From positions 1 through 49,069 of the forward strand of contig DATIHK010000011.1 in the NCBI GenBank assembly GCA_035480775.1: DNA of 49,069 nucleotides, in the 5' to 3' direction. The notes under the pieces are model-generated. The model was not told where the DNA came from. It saw only the letters and a program-made list of their open reading frames with translations, and searched no databases. The translations under genes and the position numbers were made by a program. Origin of the DNA: Candidatus Saccharimonadales bacterium (GTDB lineage Bacteria; Patescibacteriota; WWE3; UBA101185; UBA10185). Shown here in pieces: positions 28,279-35,842 of the stretch (position 1 is the stretch's first letter; each line of letters starts with the position of its first letter).

Positions 28279-29196
28279 ATGAAAAAGCTATTACTTTTTA
28301 TTATTTTATTAATATTTTTAATTTTTTCTGTTTATTACTTTAATATCAGACCTGTTTCAAATGTTGTTATAAATAATGTGACCCATCCAATTGTTAGTGC
28401 CTTTCAAGATTTAGCAAAAGCAACTATAAATAGACCAAATTTAGAAACTTTATTAACTCCGACTCTAAACAATTATGACGGAAATTATGCGGTTGCAGTC
28501 AAAAATCTTTCTACGCATGAAACTTATTACTACAACGAATCTCGAGCTTATCAATCAGCAAGTTTATATAAACTTTGGGTAATGGCTGTTGCATATCAAC
28601 AAATCCAAAATGGAAGATTTTCAGAAAACCAAGAAATTAGCGCGAAAATTGAAGATTTGATTAAAAACTATAATGTGGACGACGCATACGAACAAAGATT
28701 ATCTGAAACGCTTGATTACAACCTTAACAATGCATTAGAAATGATGATTACAGTGTCTGATAATGATGCCGCTTTGTTGCTAGTTGATAAGGTTGGAATA
28801 TCTAATATAACTAATTTCTTAAAACAAAATAAACTTATAAGTACCGATATGGGTACTGACACTACACAACCTGTAACGTCGGCAAAAGATGTGGCTGATT
28901 TTTTTGAAAATCTTGAACTAGGTAAAATTGCAAAACCTCAATATACAGACAAAATGTTAACGCTCTTGAGAGCTCAAAAATTAAATTCAAAGATTCCGGC
29001 ACTTTTACCCAAAGAAGTTGTCATAGGGCATAAAACAGGTGAACTAGACGGATACTCTCACGATGCTGGAATTGTATATACTCCAAAAGGTAACTATATA
29101 ATTGTGGTTTTAACTAATACAAATAATCCAAAACTGGCGAATCAACATATAGCTGAAATCTCAAAAATAGTTTACGAGTATTTTGTAGTAAAGTAA
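28279..29196 (+). CDS. Class A beta-lactamase-like serine hydrolase (secreted)
   Basis: Start chosen at MKKLLLF (signal peptide). SASLYK (SxxK), SDN and HKTG motifs. Confidence 0.75.
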   Translation: MKKLLLFIILLIFLIFSVYYFNIRPVSNVVINNVTHPIVSAFQDLAKATINRPNLETLLTPTLNNYDGNYAVAVKNLSTHETYYYNESRAYQSASLYKLWVMAVAYQQIQNGRFSENQEISAKIEDLIKNYNVDDAYEQRLSETLDYNLNNALEMMITVSDNDAALLLVDKVGISNITNFLKQNKLISTDMGTDTTQPVTSAKDVADFFENLELGKIAKPQYTDKMLTLLRAQKLNSKIPALLPKEVVIGHKTGELDGYSHDAGIVYTPKGNYIIVVLTNTNNPKLANQHIAEISKIVYEYFVVK

Positions 29197-29463
29197 TTAA
29201 GATCTACGATTTTTACCTTTAAAATAATCAAACAAAAAGATAAGTGTAAATGAAATAACAAACCAAAATATTGCGTCTTTAACTAGGCCAAGCATAATTA
29301 ATTTATCTTCTCGAATACCTACAAATCCCCCACTGCCGCCATAAAAAGAAAAAGGCCAACCTGCATGAAAAAATTGGTCACAACACTCTCCTTTATTATT
29401 TATGAAATAGGAAACACCTATAAAAATAGTAGCTAACAAAATTGTAAATATTACTTTTTTCAT
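29197..29463 (-). CDS. Small membrane protein, 88 aa
   Basis: Start trimmed to the ATG at 29463 (MKKVIFTILL...) because the track ORF runs into tRNA-Gly. Two TM segments. Confidence 0.5.
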   Translation of the reverse strand: MKKVIFTILLATIFIGVSYFINNKGECCDQFFHAGWPFSFYGGSGGFVGIREDKLIMLGLVKDAIFWFVISFTLIFLFDYFKGKNRRS

Positions 29464-29466
29464 TTT

Positions 29467-29541
<75 letters not shown>

Positions 29542-29552
29542 GAATGCAACGA

Positions 29553-29603
29553 GCGGAATTAAGAGGAAGCGCAGCCAACAGGCGAGCAAGCTCTTATTCC
29601 CGC
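29553..29603 (-). other. 5' leader hairpin of pre-tRNA-Gly containing a copy of the tRNA 5' end
   Basis: On the minus strand GCGGGAATAAGAG (29591-29603) pairs with CTCTTAATTCCGC (29553-29565) across a 25-nt loop. TATTCCCGCGAA occurs twice, at 29533-29544 and 29595-29606. TATAAT at 29616-29621 lies just upstream. Confidence 0.5.
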
Positions 29604-29712
29604 GAACACTGAAGCATTATAAAGCAGACGTGTGTATTTTACTAGTTGTAACTCAATTTAAAGATTTGATATTATAACCTTAATTCGTCGCGACTATTGA
29701 TAGGAGATCTTC

Positions 29713-29964
29713 ATGGCTAGTTACGTTTTGGCACAGATAGCCCAAAACTCTCACTATGCACTTTATGATGCATTAAAAGCAATTCCACATGTCACTGCTG
29801 TTACAGATATAAATCACCGACGATGGGATCTTCAAATTGCATTGGATGGAAATGACTCAGAAATGTCTGCTGCACGCGACACAATTTTAGGTCGAAGTGG
29901 ACACTTACCTCCAGGAATTGTGATCGTCAGTGGAATCAGAAATGGAAAAATCAAAAAAAAGTAA
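29713..29964 (+). CDS. Hypothetical small protein (GC-rich cassette 6), 83 aa; possible stand-alone RAM/AsnC-C-terminal-like domain
   Basis: TAGGAG SD. YVLAQI......L.AIPHVTAVTDI..RWDLQIAL.G.D resembles the Lrp/AsnC ligand-binding (RAM) domain. This rests on pattern only. Confidence 0.55.
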   Translation: MASYVLAQIAQNSHYALYDALKAIPHVTAVTDINHRRWDLQIALDGNDSEMSAARDTILGRSGHLPPGIVIVSGIRNGKIKKK

Positions 29965-29980
29965 TGAGTTGCACGGCTCC

Positions 29981-30016
29981 AGCCGGGATTCCCTCTGGGA
30001 TTCTCGGCTTTTTTTA
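29981..30016 (+). terminator. Rho-independent terminator
   Basis: AGCCGGGATTCCC-TCT-GGGATTCTCGGCT followed by TTTTTTT. Confidence 0.75.
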
Positions 30017-30029
30017 AAAATAACTTACA

Positions 30030-30115
30030 TGGTGGGCGAGACAGGAGTTGAACCTGCACGAGTTTTACCTCACAACGACCTCAACGTTGCGCGTATACCA
30101 TTCCGCCACTCGCCC
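30030..30115 (-). tRNA. tRNA-Leu (anticodon GAG)
   Basis: 86 nt with a long variable arm. Acceptor GGGCGAG/CTCGCCC. Anticodon stem CAACG/CGTTG, loop TTGAGGT. TATAAT at 30136-30141. Confidence 0.9.
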
Positions 30116-30151
30116 TTGTACCTCAAAACATTCGCATTATATCAGTTAATC

Positions 30152-30238
30152 TGGTGCCAGAGGAGGGATTTGAACCCTCATCCCCGTGAAGGGACAGCCT
30201 TCTGAAGACTGCGTGTCTACCAATTTCACCACTCTGGC
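30152..30238 (-). tRNA. tRNA-Leu (anticodon CAG)
   Basis: 87 nt with a long variable arm. Acceptor GCCAGAG/CTCTGGC. Anticodon loop TTCAGAA. Encoded CCA. Confidence 0.9.
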
Positions 30239-30249
30239 GAACGAAGTGA

Positions 30250-30292
30250 GCCAGTGGAAGGTTCTGAGCGAAGCTCAGGTTCTTACTCTGGC
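30250..30292 (-). other. 5' leader hairpin of pre-tRNA-Leu(CAG) containing a copy of the tRNA 5' end
   Basis: On the minus strand GCCAGAGTAAG..CTGAGC-TTC-GCTCAG..CTTCCACTGGC forms an imperfect hairpin. GCCAGAGT (the first 8 nt of the tRNA) is repeated at its 5' edge: ACTCTGGC at 30231-30238 and 30285-30292. TGcTATAAT at 30314-30322. Confidence 0.45.
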
Positions 30293-30340
30293 AATCTATG
30301 TTAACTTGTTGGTATTATAGCAATTTGCTTGATAGATAGG

Positions 30341-30937
30341 TTATGGCTGAATAGTAATTCCTCTGATAGTTTTTAAAACAGCATTTACGGCAGCTTCTTG
30401 TGATTCTGGAACTGTAGAGTAATAAACAATCACTTTTATATCTTTGTTATTAGCTGTTTTACCAATAAGGTAATAGTCTTTGGATCCACAAAAATCCACT
30501 GATGTTATTAACTGATTACCAATGGGAAATGTTTTTGGAGTTGATTTAAAACCTCCTCCACAATCTGTTCCACCTACTTCAGAAGTAATATCTATAATGC
30601 GTGAGAACTGAGAAGAGCTAATTGAAATAGTAGTAGCTTCATAGTTTAACCGTTTTACTACATTTTCTTCAACATTCCATTGAATAGGCACATCCACAGA
30701 AAACATATACTGTGGATTGGAATAGGAATCCCAGGTTGCACTTTTTAATGATATCGAAGATTTAGCTGGCATAGCTTTAACCGGCGAAGTAACAGCTATT
30801 TGTGGAATTGTGCTAGCAATAGATTCTTGATATTTAATTCCCCAATTAAAAGCAGCAAATGGAAAAATAATAAATATTAATAGAGCTAGAAATTTCGAAA
30901 CTCTGGTAACAGTGGTAAGTTCAGATGGAAGTTTCAC
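30341..30937 (-). CDS. Hypothetical membrane-anchored protein
   Basis: The track ORF overlaps tRNA-Lys, so I trimmed it to the in-frame GTG at 30937 (VKLPSELTT...). The start is uncertain. One TM, then a beta-rich domain. Confidence 0.5.
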   Translation of the reverse strand: MKLPSELTTVTRVSKFLALLIFIIFPFAAFNWGIKYQESIASTIPQIAVTSPVKAMPAKSSISLKSATWDSYSNPQYMFSVDVPIQWNVEENVVKRLNYEATTISISSSQFSRIIDITSEVGGTDCGGGFKSTPKTFPIGNQLITSVDFCGSKDYYLIGKTANNKDIKVIVYYSTVPESQEAAVNAVLKTIRGITIQP

Positions 30938-30976
30938 AACATGAGTATAGCGTATTTTATTTTTAATTCTATTATT

Positions 30977-31051
30977 TGGTGAGGACGGTGGGAATCGAAC
31001 CCACGACAAAGGGATTAAGAGTCCCCTGCTCTACCTCTGAGCTACGTCCCC
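30977..31051 (-). tRNA. tRNA-Lys (anticodon CTT)
   Basis: Reverse complement GGGGACGTAGCTCAGAGGTAGAGCAGGGGACTCTTAATCCCTTTGTCGTGGGTTCGATTCCCACCGTCCTCACCA. Loop CTCTTAA. Confidence 0.9.
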
Positions 31052-31193
31052 TCGAACAAAGTGAGAGTGTTATCTTTGCAGCGCTATTTTACTATACTAA
31101 TCACATTTATAGAATTGCCACTTCACAATATCACTATATGTAGTAATCTAGATTCGAAGGAAGCGATTCCTATCTTAAAGGTTGGAGGGCAAA

Positions 31194-31397
31194 ATGTTGC
31201 TTCGAGTGCACGACAACAGATCCAAAGTGGCAACACTGCTGTTTATGCACGTACAAGGAATAACCAACAAAGATGAACGTCCTGTATTTAAGGTGCTTGG
31301 CAATCGCCACGGCACACATTGCAGCATTACAGCTACAAGATCAGACATGGAGCAGATTCGCACCATTCTCGAAATTCAAGGTGTGGAGATTGCTTAA
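31194..31397 (+). CDS. Hypothetical small protein (GC-rich cassette 7), 67 aa
   Basis: Start moved to the ATG at 31194, preceded by GGAGGG at 4 nt. No family recognised. Confidence 0.55.
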   Translation: MLLRVHDNRSKVATLLFMHVQGITNKDERPVFKVLGNRHGTHCSITATRSDMEQIRTILEIQGVEIA

Positions 31398-31423
31398 TGA
31401 ACACAAAATCATCGATCCAGTTA

Positions 31424-31455
31424 CTCAAGAAAGGAGGGAGACTGGATCTTTTTTT
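31424..31455 (+). terminator. Rho-independent terminator
   Basis: GATCCAGT (31424-31431) pairs with ACTGGATC (31441-31448), followed by TTTTTTT. Confidence 0.75.
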
Positions 31456-31479
31456 GTGAATACCCATACCCTATAGCAA

Positions 31480-31508
31480 TTGACTTTGAAGCTAAAATGT
31501 CCTATAAT
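31480..31508 (+). promoter_or_regulatory. Sigma-70-type promoter
   Basis: TTGACT (31480-31485), 17-nt spacer, TATAAT (31503-31508). Confidence 0.65.
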
Positions 31509-31514
31509 GATGGT

Positions 31515-31793
31515 GTTTGTGAGAGAACGACAAGATAGCCGATATTTGGGGAAAAGTTGTTCTCTCAATAACTTCCCCAAATACCGGCTAATTTTGTGGC
31601 TTTAATGCCATTTTAGCTGTGTACCTTGAAAATCTATTGTTCTACTACTAAAGAGGTCTCAGGCCACCCGGGCTTAATACTGGGCAGGAATTAAGCCTGG
31701 ATTGCCTGCAGATCTCTAGCATTACCAGAGGACTGTTTAGGTGTAGTAAGGGGCAGATTTGTTAACTAGCGGCCATTTGGCCATACAAGGAGA
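31515..31793 (+). promoter_or_regulatory. Long structured 5' leader (candidate cis-regulatory RNA) of the 490-aa cassette gene
   Basis: Interleaved helices 31520-31528/31559-31567 (9 bp) and 31536-31553/31573-31590 (18 bp, 1 mismatch). A compound hairpin at 31652-31717 includes a perfect GGCTTAAT/ATTAAGCC helix. GGCC-ATTT-GGCC lies next to the SD. Confidence 0.45.
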
Positions 31794-31799
31794 ATGGAA

Positions 31800-33272
31800 A
31801 TGAATAGGACGAAAGCACTGTTGTTAGTGGTTATCGCTTTGTTGTTTGGCATCCTGGTTTATAGCATGAAAACGAACCAGGTGCTGATTCAAAACAGCAA
31901 CGCGGAGATGACCCAGCAAGCTGAGCTGATCGCGACGAACGTGCAGCTCTCCACCAAGGTGGCGCAGTACGAAGGACAAGATCCCACGTTTGTGCCGGCC
32001 ACTTTCACCGAAGTTGTTTCCACTCCGCAACCCATAATCACCCGAACGATCCTCGTCACTGAAAAGCCGACGCTCTACAGCAGCTACATTTACAGCTTCA
32101 CGAGTTCGCCGGCGGAGTATGGTTCCTTCTTCATCATGTGGAAATTGCAAATAGACCCCCAGGGTCTTCCACAAGATGCGGCTTGGGGCCAGATGCACGA
32201 AGCCTTCAAGCTCGTGAAAAATAGCTGCCCCTACAGCGGCTATGAGACCAACAACTTCGGACTGTCGTATATGGCTATCAATCGTGACAGCTACAGCACC
32301 ATTCCCATGACGGCTGGTTGCTGGAGCATTCTCGAGGCTGTCACCGGCAATACGCTTCAGCAAAGCGACCCAACTTTCGGCCACGATCGCGAGATCGATT
32401 GCCACTTCGGCGTCGCGTGCCAAATCCTTACTGCGCAAGAAATTATCACGGCGCAGAAGTCGCTCGTCGCCGATAATACCAACCTGTTGGTTGACCCCAA
32501 TGGGCAGGCATATTCGACGATCCGCGAGTACAACAGAAACGAACCCAACTTTTACAGCTGGACCGGCATCGGCGAACGCTTTTTGTTCCCGAGCACGGTC
32601 AAGTTTGAGGAGTCTGGGTCGGCACCACTCATGGGCATCACCAACTGGGATAGCAAACAACTTTGCTACCGGTCGGCGGGTCATGTCGGTTTCGGAGAAA
32701 TTCCACAATTCGTTCCCGGTGGCGAAACTCGCTGCCTCGATCCAAAAGTGGACTTCAAGAATCTCACTGCCGACGACCGCCCATTCTGGAATCTGGTGAG
32801 TCAGGGCTATGCTGACAATGGTCGGCTAGTTTTTACCTGGATCTGGATACCGGAACTGAAAGATGGCAAGCTCGTGATTCACGTCCTCGACATCGACGTC
32901 ACGCGCCTCATTCCAGCGGCCATGCCAACAAACATTGGCACGAAGTTCGATGTTCCATATACCGCTTACCCAGCGAAAGCCTACTCATGGGGTAATGGTG
33001 ATCTCGTCAAGCTGGTGGCCGTCACCTGGAGCTATCAAAACTCCACGGCTACTGACACTCAGTGGCGCGGCCTGATCCATCAGTTCGAAAGCATTACCCT
33101 CGAACTGGATGACAAGACCCAGGTCACACTCACCTCAGGCTTCAATGCCAAGCTTCCAAACGGCGTCGAAGAATTCAGCTACGTGCCTGTGAACTTTATA
33201 GGCCGTAGCGCCGTGGTGGATCTGAGTGAGTTTGAAGCTGATGAGAGGGTAATTTTCGATTTCAGGATGTAG
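31800..33272 (+). CDS. Hypothetical membrane-anchored protein (GC-rich cassette 7), 490 aa
   Basis: AAGGAG sits 7 nt upstream of the ATG at 31800; the track start at 31794 is too close to the SD. One N-terminal TM, then a large Cys-containing domain with no recognisable family. Confidence 0.7.
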   Translation: MNRTKALLLVVIALLFGILVYSMKTNQVLIQNSNAEMTQQAELIATNVQLSTKVAQYEGQDPTFVPATFTEVVSTPQPIITRTILVTEKPTLYSSYIYSFTSSPAEYGSFFIMWKLQIDPQGLPQDAAWGQMHEAFKLVKNSCPYSGYETNNFGLSYMAINRDSYSTIPMTAGCWSILEAVTGNTLQQSDPTFGHDREIDCHFGVACQILTAQEIITAQKSLVADNTNLLVDPNGQAYSTIREYNRNEPNFYSWTGIGERFLFPSTVKFEESGSAPLMGITNWDSKQLCYRSAGHVGFGEIPQFVPGGETRCLDPKVDFKNLTADDRPFWNLVSQGYADNGRLVFTWIWIPELKDGKLVIHVLDIDVTRLIPAAMPTNIGTKFDVPYTAYPAKAYSWGNGDLVKLVAVTWSYQNSTATDTQWRGLIHQFESITLELDDKTQVTLTSGFNAKLPNGVEEFSYVPVNFIGRSAVVDLSEFEADERVIFDFRM

Positions 33273-33309
33273 AACAATAGATATAACCCCCGTATAACGG
33301 GAAACTTCA

Positions 33310-33376
33310 CAGGGCAGCTCGCGACGACATAAAGACCACCCGGTCCTCTCGTTGCCAGCTGCCCTGTTTCATTTTT
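33310..33376 (+). terminator. Stem-loop terminator closing cassette 7
   Basis: CAGGGCAGCT (33310-33319) pairs with AGCTGCCCTG (33357-33366), with an inner GCGACGA/TCGTTGC helix, followed by TTTCATTTTT. Confidence 0.7.
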
Positions 33377-33410
33377 AAAATGTTTTGGTAGAAATATAAG
33401 ACTTAATTTT

Positions 33411-33487
33411 ATGGTGCCCCCAGAGGGACTTGAACCCCCGGCCTCTCCGTCCGAAGCGGAGCGCTCTAATCCGCTGAGCTATGGAGG
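33411..33487 (-). tRNA. tRNA-Arg (anticodon TCG)
   Basis: Reverse complement GCCTCCATAGCTCAGCGGATTAGAGCGCTCCGCTTCGGACGGAGAGGCCGGGGGTTCAAGTCCCTCTGGGGGCACCA. Loop CTTCGGA. TATAAT at 33509-33514. Confidence 0.9.
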
Positions 33488-33547
33488 CACGCACGCAGTT
33501 AACGCCATTATTATACTATAAATCCTCCTCCATGATATTATTTACAG

Positions 33548-33988
33548 GTGAAACTTAATCCTCGATACAAATATGTAGCAATTATAGGTTATTTAGTATT
33601 TCTAGTCGCTGGAATTTTATATGTCCACTCTGTTATTTCCTCTGGTAAAGTGCAAGTTTCGACACAATCTACTCCAAAGAAAGTACCTAAAGTTAGATTT
33701 ATTGACGTTTCACTGCAAATCGAAAATGGTCCAACTTATAGAATTAAATTAACTAATTTTGATACTGTTTTAGATTTGCTTGATGAAGCAAGACAACACA
33801 ATGGATTTAGATATGAGCTTGTAGAATATACGGATGGAACACAAATTGATTCGATTAACGGAATCAGTTCTACAGCAGCTCGTAAATGGAGAGTTTTTGT
33901 CGGTGAAAAAGATGTTACTAGTAATATGGGAGATGTAGTCCTAGAAAACGATAAAACTTATACTATTCGTAGCGTAGCGCAACAATAG
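33548..33988 (+). CDS. Membrane-anchored protein, possibly DUF4430-like
   Basis: 146 aa with an N-terminal TM. The C-terminal pattern (..INGISS....KWRVFVGEKDV....GDVVLENDKTY) resembles DUF4430. GTG start with TATTAT 6 nt upstream. Confidence 0.45.
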   Translation: MKLNPRYKYVAIIGYLVFLVAGILYVHSVISSGKVQVSTQSTPKKVPKVRFIDVSLQIENGPTYRIKLTNFDTVLDLLDEARQHNGFRYELVEYTDGTQIDSINGISSTAARKWRVFVGEKDVTSNMGDVVLENDKTYTIRSVAQQ

Positions 33989-35144
33989 GATCTAACTTAC
34001 TAGCTTTTATCGCAGGTGCAACTCCAAATATTATTCCGATAGCTGCAGAAACTACAAAAGAAATTGCGACATAAAAAAAGTTTACTTGTGTATCGATAAA
34101 CTTGCCTAATAGTGCCGACGATAAAATTCCAAATAATACTCCTATTAATCCACCTAAAAGCGACAAAATAACTGCTTCTAGTAAAAACTGAGACAAAATG
34201 TTGTGAGAGCTTGCTCCGATAGCTTTACGAAGTCCGATTTCTCGAGTGCGCTCAGTAACCGAAACAAACATAATGTTCATAATTCCAACGCCTCCTACAA
34301 TTAACGATATAGCAGCTATTCCTCCAAGTGCTGCAGCTAAGACTCCTAAAACAGTATTTATAAATTGCAAACTTTGATCTTGGCTGATTACCGAAAAATC
34401 TGATTCGTCTAATGTGCGCGAAATGACTCTTATAATATCGTGTTGAACAGTGCCAATATTTTCAGTTTGTCCGACTTTTACAAAGAAAAAGTTTGGACGA
34501 TCGATTTGAAATCGCTGCCTTGAAACAGTTAATGGAATATATACCTCCGTATCTTGGTCTACTCCAAATATTGCGCCGCGCGGTTCTAAAACTCCTACTA
34601 CTGTAAATTTTTTATCTTTTATAATAACTTCTTTGCCAATTGCAGTTTGTTTTCCATATAATTTTTCTTTTATTTTTGGACCAATCACTGCTACAACCCG
34701 CCCACCTGAATACTCACTGCGAGAAAAGTAGCGACCTTCGAGAAGTCCTAAAGAAGACAATGATATAAAATTATCTTCGGTTCCATTTATAGTTACGTTT
34801 TTACTATCTTTATTTAGATATTTTATATTTCCAACATTTATTACTGCGGCAGAAACTGTTGTAACACCGCGAATTTGTTTTAACTGGTCTTCCATAGAAA
34901 AAGTTAATTTATTAACGACTGCGCCACCGGGACCACGTCCACCGCCGGGAGTTCCGGGAAAGACATACAAATTATTAGATCCAAATGATTCAAATTGTTT
35001 GGTGATAGTTTTTTTGAGGCCTCCGACGATAGAAGTTAAAATAATGACAGCACCGACGCCGATAATAATTCCAACCATGGTTAAAATAGAACGAACTTTA
35101 TTGCGAAGCAGCGATCTTAAGGCAATTTTAAAATATTCAAACAT
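33963..35144 (-). CDS. ABC transporter permease, MacB/FtsX family
   Basis: MacB_PCD-type periplasmic domain between TM1 and TM2. C-terminal FtsX module (RTREIGLRKAIGA). Confidence 0.85.
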   Translation of the reverse strand: MFEYFKIALRSLLRNKVRSILTMVGIIIGVGAVIILTSIVGGLKKTITKQFESFGSNNLYVFPGTPGGGRGPGGAVVNKLTFSMEDQLKQIRGVTTVSAAVINVGNIKYLNKDSKNVTINGTEDNFISLSSLGLLEGRYFSRSEYSGGRVVAVIGPKIKEKLYGKQTAIGKEVIIKDKKFTVVGVLEPRGAIFGVDQDTEVYIPLTVSRQRFQIDRPNFFFVKVGQTENIGTVQHDIIRVISRTLDESDFSVISQDQSLQFINTVLGVLAAALGGIAAISLIVGGVGIMNIMFVSVTERTREIGLRKAIGASSHNILSQFLLEAVILSLLGGLIGVLFGILSSALLGKFIDTQVNFFYVAISFVVSAAIGIIFGVAPAIKASKLDPIVALRYE

Positions 35145-35146
35145 AA

Positions 35147-35842
35147 TTATGCCTTTGTAATGTCCTCTACAATTTTTCCATCGCTAATTTTTATAACTCG
35201 TTTGGTAATTTCGGCAATGCTGTCGTCATGAGTAACTATCACAATTGTTTTTCCTTCTAAATGCAATTCTTCGAGCAGTTTTAAAACTTCTTCTCCAGAT
35301 TTGGAATCTAAATTGCCAGTTGGTTCATCCGCCAAAATTATTGATGGATCATTAATTAGTGCTCGAGCAATGGCAACGCGTTGTTGTTGTCCTCCCGATA
35401 GCTGATTTGGCATATTTTGCATGCGATCTTCTAGTCCAACTCGCTTTAGCAATTCTATGGCTTTTTCTACAGAGTTGGGAATTTTCTTTTTGGCATATAA
35501 TGTTGGAAGTAAAACGTTTTCGAGTGTAGATGTTCGCGCTAACAAATTAAAAGCCTGAAAAATAAATCCTATTTCGTCGCTTCTAATCTTTGCTAAATCA
35601 TTGTCATCCAAAGATGAAGTAGCTATACCTTTAAAGAATAATGAACCCAGAGTTGGGCGATCTAAAAGTCCAATGGTATGCATCAAAGTTGATTTACCAG
35701 AACCTGATTTACCTAAAATACTGATAAATTCGCCTTGACTTATATCCAGATTAACACCATCTAAGGCTTTTACCATGGTATCGCCCAAGAGATATTCTTT
35801 ATAAACATTATCAACTTTTATTAGCGGAGACTTTTGATCCAT
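35147..35842 (-). CDS. ABC transporter ATP-binding protein (MacB/LolD-like)
   Basis: Walker [10 protein letters not shown], signature LSGGQQQRV, Walker [12 protein letters not shown]. Confidence 0.9.
   Translation of the reverse strand: MDQKSPLIKVDNVYKEYLLGDTMVKALDGVNLDISQGEFISILGKSGSGKSTLMHTIGLLDRPTLGSLFFKGIATSSLDDNDLAKIRSDEIGFIFQAFNLLARTSTLENVLLPTLYAKKKIPNSVEKAIELLKRVGLEDRMQNMPNQLSGGQQQRVAIARALINDPSIILADEPTGNLDSKSGEEVLKLLEELHLEGKTIVIVTHDDSIAEITKRVIKISDGKIVEDITKA

Noticed and set aside
31824-32708. 294-aa minus-strand ORF, plus 32357..32548 and 32491..32799.
   Set aside because: These are antisense or alternative frames inside the 490-aa GC-rich CDS. They have an Arg/Ala/Leu-rich composition typical of shadow ORFs and no SD or promoter.
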